DNA of 64,000 nucleotides from Camelus dromedarius (taxonomy: Eukaryota). The first letter of the stretch is position 1. Every line of letters begins with the position of its first letter. Of the stretch, positions 38,434-51,960 are shown piece after piece. The position numbers and the translations under genes are program-made. The notes below the pieces were generated by a model. The model had not been told where the DNA came from, searched no databases, and saw nothing but the letters and a program-made list of their open reading frames with translations. The stretch is taken from contig NC_087436.1 of assembly GCF_036321535.1 (NCBI RefSeq), positions 10,602,001-10,666,000 on the forward strand. Reading direction: 5' to 3'.

Positions 38434-38922
38434 GTGGTAGAAACTGCTAGCTGCTTAACAGAACTTCCATTTCCTTGTATCGTTCTTAGTAATAAATAGA
38501 TACATAACTCTTTTTCTAGACATAGTATTTCATATAATTCAGATTAGATTTTCCGGTCTCCCTTATAGCTGATATATGGTCACATGACTAAGTTCTGGCT
38601 GATGAAATATACACATGTTTGTTTGGCAAGACTTCCACAAAAGTTGCCTTATAGTTAAAGGAAATTTTTCTGTCCGTTTGTCTTCCTCATTTTTAGAGGC
38701 TGAAACTCAGACATAACCATGTTGGCTCAGGAGAGAGCTGTGTGAACAGAACAATGGGTTACGGTAGTAAAGTGAAAAGACGGAAGCCTGGATCTTTAAC
38801 AGAAATGTTGCATCTCTCTGGATGCCTACATCCATCTTCCTTTAAGTAAGAGAGAAATATAAACCTCTATCTTGAAGTCATAGTGGTTTTTTCTCTTATG
38901 TGTAGGCAAACCCTTAGCTGAC
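38434..38922 (+). mobile_element. Old MLT1 LTR (MLT1I/J-like)
   Basis: gtggtagaaactgctagctg...atggtcacatgactaagttctggc...gagagaaatataaacctctatcttg...ctgaca. Confidence 0.75.
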
Positions 38923-40433
38923 AAAAGGCAATCGTTTCCCCTTAAAATGTCTAAAATCTAATCAATTTCTTTAAGACATATCCACTGAAAGCCAATATTC
39001 ATCCATGTAGTAAAAGGGAACTTCACATTTTATTCCATTTCTGATTTAAAATCACACCTTTTGACACATTGGTTATTCAAACCCCTGTCCCTGATGAAAC
39101 TGACAACCTGCAGGGCAATGGAAAAGATGCGTTTGGAATGGTTGCCCAAACCTTTAATGCAAATCTTCACAGATAAAGAAACCAATGAGTCACAATGATG
39201 CCTGTTGAACTTCTTTGTTCCCTAAAATTGCAAATTCAGACATGGTGCCAAAAACTGCAGGTGCCCCATCTAGGCAGAGTAACAAGATTTTCTTTCCAGT
39301 TGAAGTCTAGCTTGGCATAGAGATTTTTCACCATCTGAAGCTACCATCCTTAAAAGCAAAAGGGGCTCCTGGGAGAGGAATTCTTCGTCGATATTTTATG
39401 CTTATATATTAAGAGCCGGTTGTACTGAAAGAACTGAGGCAGTTTCGTCTAGTTGTAAAATGAAGTCAAATAATAGCTACCAATTTCTCCATAATCTGCT
39501 TCAAAATATTAAAACCAACATCCATGACTCTGGAGTAAAAGACGCACTGACTCGGTCTGCTTCCTCCTAAACCAGGCTGACATCTCCAGGGTCTATGGCT
39601 TCACCAAGAGCTTTGCAATGCATTCGAGTTCCTTGTCTTGGCAACGTGATAGGCAATTCTGTGGGATGCTTCAAGACGAGGCTTTTGTGTTGAGACAAAT
39701 TCAAATTTCGATAACATTCTCACCTTTTCAAATGGATACATCTCATAAAAAATTCCACATGATTTATATATCTTCAGAATGGATGAATAAAGCACACTTC
39801 CTCAGCTTTCTTGGCATTATATGAATTTATTGGCAAAAAATCCTGGCCATGTACGAAGCATTGCAGCTTTTGTGCACCATCAAGCTTCGCAATGAGAATG
39901 AAATTAAACATGTAAGCTGTGCTGTACCATTTTTATGTTTTCCAATCAAGATTAACCTGATGTACATAAATACAGATGTCCATAATCATCATGGTGGGTA
40001 CATTTTTGTAATTCCTATCCAAGGAATCTGCTCTGAATGCCATACTACGTGGAAGTCACAAATTTGCATTGTCTGATGATTTACAGTTGTACACTGGTTT
40101 TCAAGCAATACAATTTTGATAATAAAATTTGACTTTAATATTTTTCATAAAAATGGGCAAAATCAAATAAACAAAATATTTTGGCAACAGGTTCAACATT
40201 GGAGGTAAGTAAATCACCCCTTTATTTAAGTCTCAGGTCTGCCACTTAGTACTAATGTACACATCATCGAGCTGTTTATCTTTTTTGTGTGTTTTCTCCT
40301 GTGTGGAATGAAAATTTAGTCTAAAGTAAATCAGATAATTTCGTATATAAGTCAATTAGCAAAACCAAATAATTTTAGTTTTGTTCCTGGGTCACATTCT
40401 GCCTATGGTCCTTTTTTCCCAAATATCCATATG

Positions 40434-40585
40434 GGTTTGGTTTTTTTGGGGGGGTAATTAGGTTTGTTTATTTATCTACTTAACTATTTGTTTGTTTTAT
40501 TTTTAACAGAGGCACTGGAGATTGAACCCAGGACCTTGTGCATGTTAAGCACGTGCTGTACCCCTGAGCTGTACCCCCCCCACCT
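40434..40585 (-). mobile_element. Camelid tRNA-derived SINE (Vic-1 type)
   Basis: gggggtaattaggttt...ctggagattgaacccaggaccttgtgcatgttaagcac...ctgagct; TSD caaatatccatatg (40420-40433) / caaatatctttatg (40587-40600). Confidence 0.92.
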
Positions 40586-42436
40586 TCAAATATCTTTATG
40601 TGGATACTAGATTGGTAAATATAATGTAAAAATTTTAAGAATTTAGCTAAGGACTTGCACTTTAATCTTATTATCTAAACAATGGTTTAGAATAATCATG
40701 TATTTTAAAATGTACTGGAGGATTTAATAGACAGTGATCTCACTGGAGAACAACTTTCTGGTATGGTATGCTTTCAGGTTTTATTAACAGAAAACAGAAC
40801 CTCAAATAAGGGAGATGATAATCATGCACTATTCTCATTGATCAGAAAACAACTGTTTTATTTGTAGTCTTGGAATCAGATATGATAAAAGGTATAAAAA
40901 TATTTTGTGGTCAATGGGTAGTATTATTGCACAGACATGCAGAGCCATAGCATTTAATAATGAAAAAAAAGAGGACTTTTACCAAGACAGTAGGAACAGT
41001 CATGAGAGCTTTCAAATAATTAAATGGCTTTCCTTTAGAAATAAAGTTCCAACCTTCTTTATAGCCCCCAAGGAACAGAACCAAGAAAAATGAGTCAGAG
41101 TTACAAGATTACAAGAGTTACAATAAATTTCCATTCAATAAACTTAAGAACTTTCTAACAGCTGTAATTTTCTAGAGATGAAATGGATGTTTATAAGGCC
41201 TACTGGAGACGTTCCTCTCTGCATCTCTCCTAAATCATGTATTTTAACCTTTTCATTTATGCATCACATGCTAATTTGCTAAATGTATAACTAATCTCCT
41301 CCCTACACTACCACGAGCAGAAATGTTGAAGAGACAAGTTACATGATGCTAGAGGGTGGTCCTCAAAGTTACAACTTATTAACCAATACTTTTTGACAGT
41401 GGTCGTTCGATCACTTACAAATTCAAGCAGCCAACTTATCATCGTGCTCTTTTACCATTCATTGTGCCAAGTCATCTTAGGGGAGTATCAACAGTCTTTC
41501 TCCATTGACAGCAGTCCAGCAACTTATGAGCTACGTAACAGCAACAAAAGACTGAAAAAGGCTAGTTAATCATGTCATTCACATCAGAATCTCGTTGGTT
41601 CTCATTCATGATGCTGTTGTTTCTACTTGCTCACAAACTACTTTTTTTTTTTTAAATAATTTCTTTCATATACTGTCATCCTACTTGGGTACTTTGTTTC
41701 TGAATTCCAACTTTCCCCACTTTAACCATCTCGGTCTTTCGTCAATTCTTTGATTCACTATGTTTCCCCAAACATATTCATATCCCTAAGAATAATTGGC
41801 TCATCTTTGAAACTTCAATCAGTGGATGGAATTTTTTTTTTTCCTTAGAAATTGAATTCACTTTAGAATATTTCTACGGAAGTGATCTCAACGGGAAAAA
41901 GGAAGTAAATTTGCACGTGAGTAGCTCAATTTTGTTTCCTGTGACCTTTACATCATCACCCCTTGTCATTAGCCTAGCCTCTTTTTACTTCTTGCAGATT
42001 CAATGCAAATTGAAGTTATTTCACTATGCTTAAATTTTTCTAGCCTTTATTTTGAACTCTTATCCAAATATTATTCTTAACTTTTCAAACTGAACTTTTG
42101 CACTCTCTCTAGCAGTACAGCCAGAGAAACTGATTTGTAGCAGACATTGCTTTGAAACATACAGAATAGCTGTTTTGAAAGAATTTAGTGTCATGACATT
42201 TAACGTTAAATACACACATAAGTGACGTGTAAAGGTCTTCAATATTAATACATCCTATGAAAGGTGTGGGGGTGCTTCCCCCCACCCAGAGATCTGAGAC
42301 GGTACTCATGAATTTAAAAAGGCCCTTATGTAGAATTTTACTAAAGTGTGTGTATGTATGTAAAACTAACAGGGGGCTTACTTAGAAAACTGATGAGTTG
42401 GTTAAGTGGGGAAGGGTTCACCGTGTACTCTTTGCT

Positions 42437-42560
42437 GGGTGATCACATATTCTGATTTTCCTGGGACAGCCCACATCCACTCCAGCTGGCCCACTACCCT
42501 GTCTAACTAGTGCTCCTTTCCCTCTGAGTGGTGTCCCATGACAAACCACACATTTACCGT
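42437..42560. mobile_element. hAT-Blackjack MITE (MER94-like)
   Basis: gggtgatcacatattctgattttcctgggacag terminus. Confidence 0.5.
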
Positions 42561-43989
42561 AATTCTATAGCATGGAATGATTCACTTGGAAGGATTTTCA
42601 AGGACTGCAAAGGGAATCCTGTTCCTGTATATTAATTAGCAACTAAATACTGGCAATGTAGGCAGTCACAGGACCCTGTTTACACCAGGCTAAGGGCCAC
42701 AGTCCACTGTTAGAACATTCAGTTGTGTCACATAAAAACCTATTTTGACCTTGCTCTTCCAACTAAAATTAAAGCATCACTTTTCAAATTAAAAAGTAAT
42801 GATAAATAGGCAGACTTTCATCTCCCTTTCAGAGTAAACATTTTAGTTTTTTGTATGTGATATTAGTTTGTAAAAATAGTAACTATCAATAAGTATTCTA
42901 GAAAGTATTCAGCAGTGTTTTCAGATTTAAAAGAAATCGAAAAAGATCATACTCCTCTCCAGCAGTTGAGCTGTTCTGAATTAGACTACACAGTTTTCAC
43001 CAATAAAAACTGTAAGTGAAAAAGTTGTATTTTCGCTACAACACTTCACCACAAAAATTGATGGTGATTAAAAACCAGAAATTTTAAATATTAAGAAAAT
43101 ATTAAATACTAAGAAACACAGAGTGCTTTTGTTCATCAAGGAATAAAGCTATAGCTATTCATCTCACTTGCATTCAATAAAAGGTTGTATTTTATTCAGT
43201 ATTTTTTAAAAAATTAATCTGAATAAAGCAAACATAGACGATGCCATTTCCCCAAATTAATCAAACTTGCTATGATGAAAATTTAAGTTGGGTTTTGTTC
43301 CTCTGAGGTGCTTTGCTGCTCTCATTGCTTTGCATAAGACAATGCCTCAGGTTGCTACCGACAACCCACAGCTCTTAATGGTAAACTTTGCTTTTAAAAT
43401 TTCTCACCCTGCTGTGTGTTTCTGGCTCCTGCTGGAAGTACCTACTATATGAAATAAACCTTTCAACCTTCTTCTTCCCAACCACTCAGCTCTGATTTGA
43501 AAGCGACATGTTTCATTGTATCTTTCATGCATTTTTTAGAGCAGCAAGAAAGTGGGGTTCATATCAAATAGAAAATTCCAGTGCTAACAATATGACCATG
43601 CATTTGGAGGCTTTTTTTTTTTTCCGAAAGATACGGAAACCAGAGTAGGGGGTAATAAAAACGGTTTTGCTCTGCACTTGGAGCTAGTCAAAATTGAGAA
43701 ATCAAGAAAAGAAAGTTATTTCTGATGGCAAAAGCCAGGTCTCCTTCCCCATTTGATGTATCTATTGTAGAAATAGCCACTGAGAATAACACAGAAACTG
43801 CTGATGTTGGGTCATTTTTTCTTCCTACAACAAATACAAGAGCTTAGTTACTTCCCCATGTTTATTCATGTTTTCCTACTGGTATAATTATTCACTGCAT
43901 ACTGCCTTCTCTAGAAACAGAGAAACTTTAAATGTCCTCATTATTCTCATCTCTCTGAAAGGAAATCGAAACATTATCTCCTTTCCAAA

Positions 43990-44158
43990 AATGGAAGCGG
44001 CTGTCCATGACCCAGGAGGAGGACTCCCACCAGACGCTGAATTTCTCAGTGCCTTGACCTTGCACTTCCCAGTCTGCAGAACTTGGAGACACACCTTTCT
44101 GCTGTGATAAGCCATCCAGTCTACAGTATTCTCTTATACACTTAGCCTGAACTAAATA
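43990..44158 (+). mobile_element. MLT1A-like LTR 3' half
   Basis: caccagacgctgaa...gccttgaccttgcacttcccagtctgcagaact...ataagccatccagtctacagtatt...agcctgaactaa. Confidence 0.8.
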
Positions 44159-44399
44159 ATCAGGTAGGACCCTAAATGCCACAGAATTTTGACAAAGGGT
44201 AATATAATGAGTACACTATTTTAGAAAGTTTAACTTAGGTTAAGTAAATAATAGCCCTTGCTATGGATCGGTTATTTTGCTAGGAACTCTCCATAAACAG
44301 CTAATTTTAAAAGTGACTTTTTTGAAATAAATAAAATTATAATGCAAGCGAAGCCTTAGTTTTCAGATGGCTTTTTCAAAATTGAAAGACTGAATATAC

Positions 44400-44800
44400 A
44401 CATGAGCAACAGCCAGACCCTACATGGCAAAAGACCACCGATCATGTGGGAAGTCCGGGAAGCCAAACCACAACTTCTGTACCAACCAGGGCAGACAGCC
44501 AAACCTCTGCAGAGGTGGCCGAGAATAGTCAGGATTTGACCAACAATCCCTAAGTAATATTTTTTTCTTCCTCTGCTTCCAACTCAGGACCAACCAGAGA
44601 AAGCTTAATATGCTCACAAACCAATCACACATGATGGACAGCTTCCTGTTAGCCTGCCTCCAACGTTTCCATTGCCAATAACCTCCAACCAGAGCACCTG
44701 AAACCTCCCCCTTCTGCCTCGTAAAGCTGTCCACGCTCCTGACTGCCTGCAGCATCTCTGCCACATGCAGGACCCCTTGCCGGATACTCTCTTGCTCACT
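44400..44800 (+). mobile_element. ERV1 LTR (MER90/MER110-like)
   Basis: ccaactcaggaccaaccagagaaagc...aaaccaatcaca...gttagcctgcctcc...aacctccaaccagagca. Confidence 0.65.
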
Positions 44801-45769
44801 CCCTGGCTCATGTACTCACGAACATGTATGTGCACATACTCCCTTGCTCAGGTACAGCATCTCTGCCCCGCACTGACCCCTGTGCAAAAGTCCTCGCTGG
44901 TTCTCACGGGAGTGGTCACCCTTCATTTCTAGAGTGTGAGACAGGTGAACATCTCCGGAGGCAACTCTAGAAATATGCATCCCATCCTTGAAAATGGGTA
45001 TAAATTTAATCAGTTCTTCAAATTCAGATTATTTATCCTCAAGAAATTAATACAAAAAACACACAAATCTATATGAATATTCTTTGCGGCATTGTTTATG
45101 ATATTGAAAAAACTAGAGCCAGTCAATCTAAAAATATGTGTTTGGCTGAATAAATTATGGTAAACAATCAAATAAAATAACATGCAGTGATTAAAAAGTA
45201 TGTAGGAGAGGAGTATTTATAGACATGAAAAATTTTCCTCAGTGCGGTTTGAGGTGAAATGAAAACAAGTTATATATAGTGTGAACAGCACTATCTTATT
45301 TTTTTTTAAATCTATCTGCAGAGATGTCTCCCCAACGCTCTCGGTGAAGTATGGTTCATATTTGCTTCATTTTATAAATCTATATATTTGATTGCCATTA
45401 TGGGAAAAAATTAATCTTTTATATAATTATAAGAACAAAAAAATCCTACCCTAAATTATGTTGTTTAGTCCAACCAATTCACCCATTTGTAATGGTGACA
45501 TTCTGTGTGCTTTATTTTGATGGCATCTGCCTCCAAATGTTAAAATAGATCAATAATTAGAGAAATGAAACAAGCTGCCAATCAAAACAGCTTCTGTTCT
45601 CTTAGGCTATTCTATGTGAACCAAATATACCAAAGAAAACAGCGAGATTATTAGATTAAAAAACTTCTTAGTAGTATCACTGAACTGCCAGATAATAAGA
45701 TATTACTGAGCTGTGTTAAATTGAAAAAAAAAAATCCTATTCTTCAACCCAAAGTTTATCCATCCCTTT

Positions 45770-46832
45770 GTCTTGCAGTGACCCTGGGCCAGTGGCATGT
45801 TGTCAAACACACTCTAAACAGGAACTCCAAAGGTGCTCGTGTGTTTGGATCTTCTCACTCATGTTGAAACTGAGTGCAGTACTCAGTAAGACCTCTTGAA
45901 CCATAACTTAATAAATAATAACCGGCAACTGCCTTTGCTGACCAAGCTTGCTTTAACTATTCCTGCGAATTGGGTACCCTCCGAGCCTGATGTAGCCTAG
46001 ACATAGATCATAAGACTCCTTAACAGTCCCTTCAGATAACTCCTCTGACCTGTGGGTTGCTATAGTAACAGATGCTTAAGTTATTTTTCAGGCAGCTGGA
46101 GTCAGCTCTTGGTTAGTTCAAGTTCAAGCTGGTTAAGAATGGTTGGGACCACTGACCACCCCCCCCACAATGGGCCTGCACTAGTGTCCAGTGGATGATC
46201 TTTTGACATCAGAAGGCCAACATCTTCCCCCTCTGATCATGCTGATGCTGCCATTTCCTGAGCATGTGACCCATGGAGAAGCATGTAACTCAGATATTTG
46301 CACAGAACACCCGTCACATCACCCTTTTCTTACTGCCAGTCGCCAATCACCTTTTCCCACACCTCAGACCACCCTGCTTCTTTATTCCATAAATACCCCA
46401 AGCCCCTCATCTTCTGGGAGGTGCATCTGAGACTTGTTCTATCTGCTCACTTGGCTGCCTCGAGAATAAACCTTTTATCTGCTACAAATTTTGGCATCTC
46501 CATGTTTGGCTTGCAGTACATCTGACAAACAAAACTGGTTTGGTAGCAGTATCTTCTGTGTAGCTATAAGGGGCAGATCCAGACTAGTCCTGTTTATACC
46601 AGTCAGAGGATGAGAGCCATGAGGACCAGCGTCAAATCACCCGAGTCATGCCAGCTGAGGCCGCCTTCTGCTGAGAGCCGGCTGACCCCGCACAGCTAAA
46701 CAAGCCCCACCAAGATCGTCGGAGCTGCCTGGCTGACCACCCCAGCTACATGAACAACACATGCTTATTTTTGCATATCACTGAAATGCTACGATTGTCT
46801 GTTACATAACACTATTATAGTACTAGATAACA
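45770..46832 (+). mobile_element. Old MLT1 LTR split by the ERV1 LTR at 45862-46548
   Basis: ttgcagtgaccctgggccagtggcatgtt on the left; gctgcctggctgacc...gattgtctgttacataacactattatagtactagataaca on the right. Confidence 0.65.
45862..46548 (+). mobile_element. ERV1 solo LTR (MER34/MER39-like)
   Basis: TG...CA ends, cataaatacccc TATA-like box, aataaacc poly(A) signal, U5 tttggcttgcagtacatctgacaaac...tttggtagca; TSD not evident. Confidence 0.7.
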
Positions 46833-46865
46833 GGTATCTAAACCAAAGTCTAACAAAGTCTCTAA

Positions 46866-48267
46866 TAGAGAACCCAGAAGTAAACCCACACACTTAAGGT
46901 CATTCATCTATGACAAAGGAAGCAAGAAAATACAAGGGGGAAAAGACAGTCCCTTCAAAAAGTGGTGCTGGGAAAACTGGACAGCTACCTGTAAATCAAT
47001 GAAATTAGAAAACTCCCTTACACTATATGCAAAAATAAACTCAGAATAGAATAAACTTCTAAATACAAGACCTGAAACCATGAAATTCCTAGAAGAGAAT
47101 GCAAGCATAACACTCTTTGACATAAACTGTAGTAATATTTTTGGGGGATCTGTCTCCTATGGCAAAACAAACAAAAGTGAAAATAAACAAATAGGATCTA
47201 ATTAAACTTAAATATTTTGCACAGTAAAGGAAACCATCTGAATAGGAAAAAATATTTGCAAATGATGTGACTGATAGGGGTTAATACCCAAAATATATAA
47301 ACAGCTCATACAACTCAGTATCAAAAATCCAAGAAATCTCATTTAAAATATGAGCAGAAGAACTAAATAGACATTTGTCCAAAGAAGCCATACAGATGGC
47401 CAACAGGCACGTGAAAAGATGTTCACCGTTGCTAATCATCAAGGAAATGTAAATCAAAACCACAATGAGATACCACTTCACATCTGTCAGAATGGTTATC
47501 ATCAAAGAGACCACAAAAAAAGAAATGTTGGTGAGAATGTGAAGAAAAAGGGAAACTTTGTATACCGTTGGTAGGAATGTAAATTGGTGCAGCCATTATG
47601 GAAAACCATATGGAGGTTCCTCAAAAAGCTAAAAATAGAACTACCATATGATTCAGCAATTCCACTGCTGGTTATATATCCAAGGGAAATGAAAACACTA
47701 ATTTGAAAAAAATACATGCACCTCTGTTTATAGTAGCATTATTTACAATCGCTGAGATATGGAAGCAACTCAAGTGTCCGTCAACAGAATGAATAAAGAG
47801 GATGTGGTACATAAACAATGGAATGTTACTCAGCCATAAAAAGAATGAAATTCTACCATTTGCAACAATGTGGATGGACCTAGAGGCTATTATGCTAAGT
47901 GAAATAATTCATATAGAGAAAGACAAATATTCTATGTTACCACTTTTAGGTGAAATCTAAAAAATAAAACAAATGAATATATATAACAAAGTGCAAACTG
48001 TCTCACAGATATAGAAAACAAACTAGTCACCAGCAGGGAGAGGGGTGAGGGGAGGGGCAAGGTTGAGGTACAAAATTAAGAGATGCAAACTATTATATAT
48101 AAAATAAATAAGCAACAAGGATATATTGAACAGCACACAGAAATATAGCCATTATTTTGTAATAGCTTTAAATGGAGTACAATGCATAAAATACTGAATC
48201 ACTATATTGTACACCCGAAACTAATATAATGCTGTAAATCAACTTATACTTGAGTAAAAACAAAAAA
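46866..48267 (+). mobile_element. 5'-truncated L1 (ORF2 C-terminal part, 3'UTR, A-tail)
   Basis: aatagagaacccaga...tggtgctgggaaaactggacagc...; 3' end gtaaatcaac..aaaaacaaaaaa; 10-bp TSD caaagtctaa (46844-46853, 48268-48277). Confidence 0.93.
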
Positions 48268-48361
48268 CAAAGTCTAAGTGATTAATGGAACCCAGATGAT
48301 TATTTTGAACCTGAATTCTGTTTTGCCCTGAGGGCATTTGCCAAATTGAAAGATTTTATGC

Positions 48362-48540
48362 CTTTTTTTGGTATGTATATATTGCAAAATGATTGCCACA
48401 ATAAGGCTAGTTAACATACCCACCATGTCCTGTAGCTACAGTTTTTTTGTGTGTATGGTGAAAATTTTAAAATCTACTCTCCTAGTAACTTTCAAATATG
48501 CCATAGGATAATGTTAACTATAGTCACCGTGCTGTATATA
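48362..48540 (-). mobile_element. L1MA-like 3'UTR fragment
   Basis: ttgcaaaatgattgccacaataaggctagttaaca...aaatctactctcctagtaactttcaa...ttaactatagtcaccgtgctgta. Confidence 0.8.
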
Positions 48541-50259
48541 CTTTTGTTTTGCTGGATTTACAGGGAGTACGAGAGAGCGTTAAATGCCAGGGTGTGCGCC
48601 TAGTGACCCGAAGTGCTTGATAGAGGAAGATCAAGTATCTCTTGGACAAAAGAGTTCTCCTCTTAGAATTCAAACAACTCCAACAAATAATTTTCTAATA
48701 ATAATAATAATAGAAATAATAAGCAGTTCATAAGAAAAAAAGAAGAGTTAAGTACATTAGGAAATAAGGAACCATGAACTAGAAGAAACAGAGCAAGAAA
48801 AGACTCGGAAATACATTAAATATTAGAGTTTGAAGAACCAGATTAGAAACAACTATGCTTGTTACTATGTTCTAATAAATAAAAAGATAATATTTAAAAT
48901 AATATCAGTAAATAGGAAACTATATGAAATAACCTAGTATTTTTGAAAAAGAACTACATAGAACTTTTAGAAATGAATAACAGCTGAAGTTAGAAATTCA
49001 AGGACTAGCTTACAGGCACCTTAGACACGACTATTTTATCTTCTTTGTTAAGAGCTGGTTTGGGTCCATTTCTGGGTCTCAACTTCTGTGTTGATGTTTA
49101 GAAATCACATTTGCAATGCCACCACTGTTTCATCAGTCTGTTTTTGCAAAACCCTTGCCAATTTGATAGATAGAAAATTATATCCCATTATTACTTTAAT
49201 TTGCATTTCTTTTTTTTTTAAGGAAATTGAGCATTTTAAAAAATCCATTTATGGCCTTTTTCATTTCTTCCTCTGTAAGTTGCTTATTGATATATGCGTC
49301 TCTTTTCTTACTGAATTATGTATTTGCTTCTTATTCCATTGTAAAATATATTTTGTATTACGGTATTAACATTCTTTGTGCTACAAACAGCAAATATCTT
49401 CTCCTTGGGCATCTTTGCCAAAAAATTGTTCTACTATTTCAGGAAGACCCCTATTCTAGGAAATGCAAGGGAAAAGTCACCAAACAAAAGAGAGTTTGTA
49501 TTTTCAGCCAAATTGAAAATTGAAAATGGAAATCAGATGGTCACAATGATTACATTTCTTTACCATAAATCAATCAACAATTGTAGTGATTTCCAGAGCC
49601 AATATTTTTATGGAAATTCTATTCTTTACAATATTAATAAATATGTTCAATTTTTATTGTAATGTATTTGTCTAGATAACATTTCTTCTTATTTTTAGTA
49701 GAGTTCATTATGAAATGGATACCTAAGAAAATATTACCAGAATAGAGAATAAACTTATGGCCTCATATTAAGTTCTAATTTAATAAAACAGTAAGGGTTT
49801 CCAACATAGCAATTCAATGAATCTTCTAGTCTAGAAGATTTGCTAATTATTTACACTCATTTGTAAAAGGATTAGTGTGTCTTTTCTTTTTGATCAATTT
49901 TATCTACTTTTCAGTAGTCACAATTTGACCATGATCAAAATAAAACAGAATTTTACAACACATGTATTCTAAAAGAAGTATTTATTTGCACTTTAAGTCA
50001 CATATAGACATCCTTCCTTAATATTAATATCACAACATTATTATGGAAAGAGTGAACACTGCTATAAGCAGTGTATTAATATCAACGCGGTAGTCAGTTC
50101 CATTAGCAGTCGATTACAGTCACAGTAAGCCATTGCTTACTATTCATGCCCTAGTGTTATCAAATTCTCTTGATTTGGGGCTGTCCCTCTGGTTCATTTT
50201 AATTAATAAAGTGCAATTAAATCGACAATGTGCTAATTCTCAACCTAAGCCTAAGATGC

Positions 50260-50570
50260 CCTGAAATGCTTGTGCTTTTGTGCTTTGGGGAGCCCTGTGA
50301 CACCAGCTGAGTTCTTTGGCCATGTAGCTGAAGGGGTCATTCACATATGATACATAAGAGGTCCTGAGACTACGTGGAAAAAGACATCAGAGCTGAGCCG
50401 AGCTTAACTAGCATGTCAGCTGACTTCAGTCACGTGACTGACCACCAGCAGTACCAGCAGAGGCAGCACCGGCTGAGCCCTGCCCAAGTTACAAAATCAT
50501 GAGCAAACATAGTACTTAATTTACTTAAGCAATTCGATTATGGAGTGGCTGGTTATGCATCAATAGCTAA
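50260..50570 (+). mobile_element. Old MLT1 LTR fragment
   Basis: gaggtcctgagactacgtgga...cacccggctgagccctgcccaag-type text followed by aaaatcatgagcaaa...gtggctggttatgcatcaatag. Confidence 0.65.
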
Positions 50571-51689
50571 AATGTTTATTGTATGTCCAAATATCCAGCT
50601 ATGTATCTTTACTGTATTTCCATTATTACAAAAATAAGGGAGGGAAGGGTTGAGGGAAAGAATGGAGCACAGATTCTCATGAGAGGAAATTCTTGATTCA
50701 CAGATTAAACAGTTTCACAGAATCTCTTCATTTATCTTCAGTGAACCACGCTTCTGCTGAGATTTATTCTCCATTGTCTTTCACAGATTTCAAAGACTCT
50801 GACTCAATACTATTCTATTATATATTATTCTGTTTTATTTTGATAATGGTCAAATTATACTCTTGGAACAAATGAGCTGAAGAGTCAAAAGTAAAAGGCA
50901 GAAATATTTAAAAGGCACGAAAAGCACAGAATTCTCTAAGTTATCAGAGAATTATATATGAAATTCTGTTACTTTCAAAAACAAGAAAATTCTAAAACTT
51001 GCTGGACAAAGGTCAAACCAGTTATCATTGGTAAATTTTGTACATCATGATTTAAGATGCCACACTAGATAAATTCTTGAAGTTGAGAAATATTACTTAC
51101 ATGTTGAACTGTCAAAATCAGGAAAGTTCCTGATTCAGACTAGCACACAAATATAACTATTCTAGCAGATTTTGTTCACTGATTTTATTTAAATTTTTTT
51201 TTGGAGGGAAATAATACTGTTTTAATATGTAAGCACTTTTGGAATAATTTAGCCAAGAAAGATTTTTGTAAAATAAGAACTTTTCTGACATGTCCCTAAA
51301 AAAAAAAAAAAAAAAATACTTAAAGCTCAAAGATACAAGCTGAGCCCTCTAAGGAAGAAAACTTCTCAGAATCCTAGGAACTCCAGGGGTTTATAAGAAT
51401 GTAAGTATATTCTGTGAGTGCCTCTTTATTGTCTACGGACAGCACAGCACACTGCTTCTTCTTACTTTTGTGGCAAAAGGAAAAAAAATGCCTTTACTGT
51501 AGCCCAGGTTTCCTAGTTTGGTTTGGAAGATATGAAAATACACACATACACACACAATAATGCAGAAACCAGATCTTCTATTTTTAAGAGATTAATCTGC
51601 TTCATTGTACCTTTATCCAAAGAGTTTTTTGTTTCTATCTTCTTCTTGGAACTTCATGAGTTCACTATTAAGTACTAGCTTTCCTGGTT

Positions 51690-51960
51690 GTACAGCAGGC
51701 TTGGTTGTGATAACAGAACCTTACTCAAATCAATGTAAAAAATAAAAGGAACTTAATTGCTTGAGTTACTAGAAAAATCTTTTGGTAACCCAGCTTCAGG
51801 CATAGCTCGATCCAGAAGCACAAATAAGTGTCACCAAGCTCTAGATCCTCCTTGTTGCCTTGGCCTGCCTGCCTTCTGCTGGGTTGGAGAAACCAGATCT
51901 TGAGTCCTTCTCTCTCCTGGTGAGCGACTGGGAAATCTGGTAACTACACCTTTACCTTCA
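51690..51960 (-). mobile_element. Old MLT1 LTR (MLT1K/L-like) fragment
   Basis: tggttgtgataacagaacc...cttcaggcatagctcgatccagaagcacaaa...gtcacca. Confidence 0.6.

Noticed and set aside
40191..40204. Plus-strand 14-nt segment cag|gttcaacattggag|gtaagt
   Set aside because: Strong donor, but A-rich upstream sequence without a pyrimidine tract, and not frame-preserving.
51116..51135. Palindrome aatcaggaaagttcctgatt with an NF-kB-like core
   Set aside because: Single short site with no supporting context; expected by chance in 64 kb.
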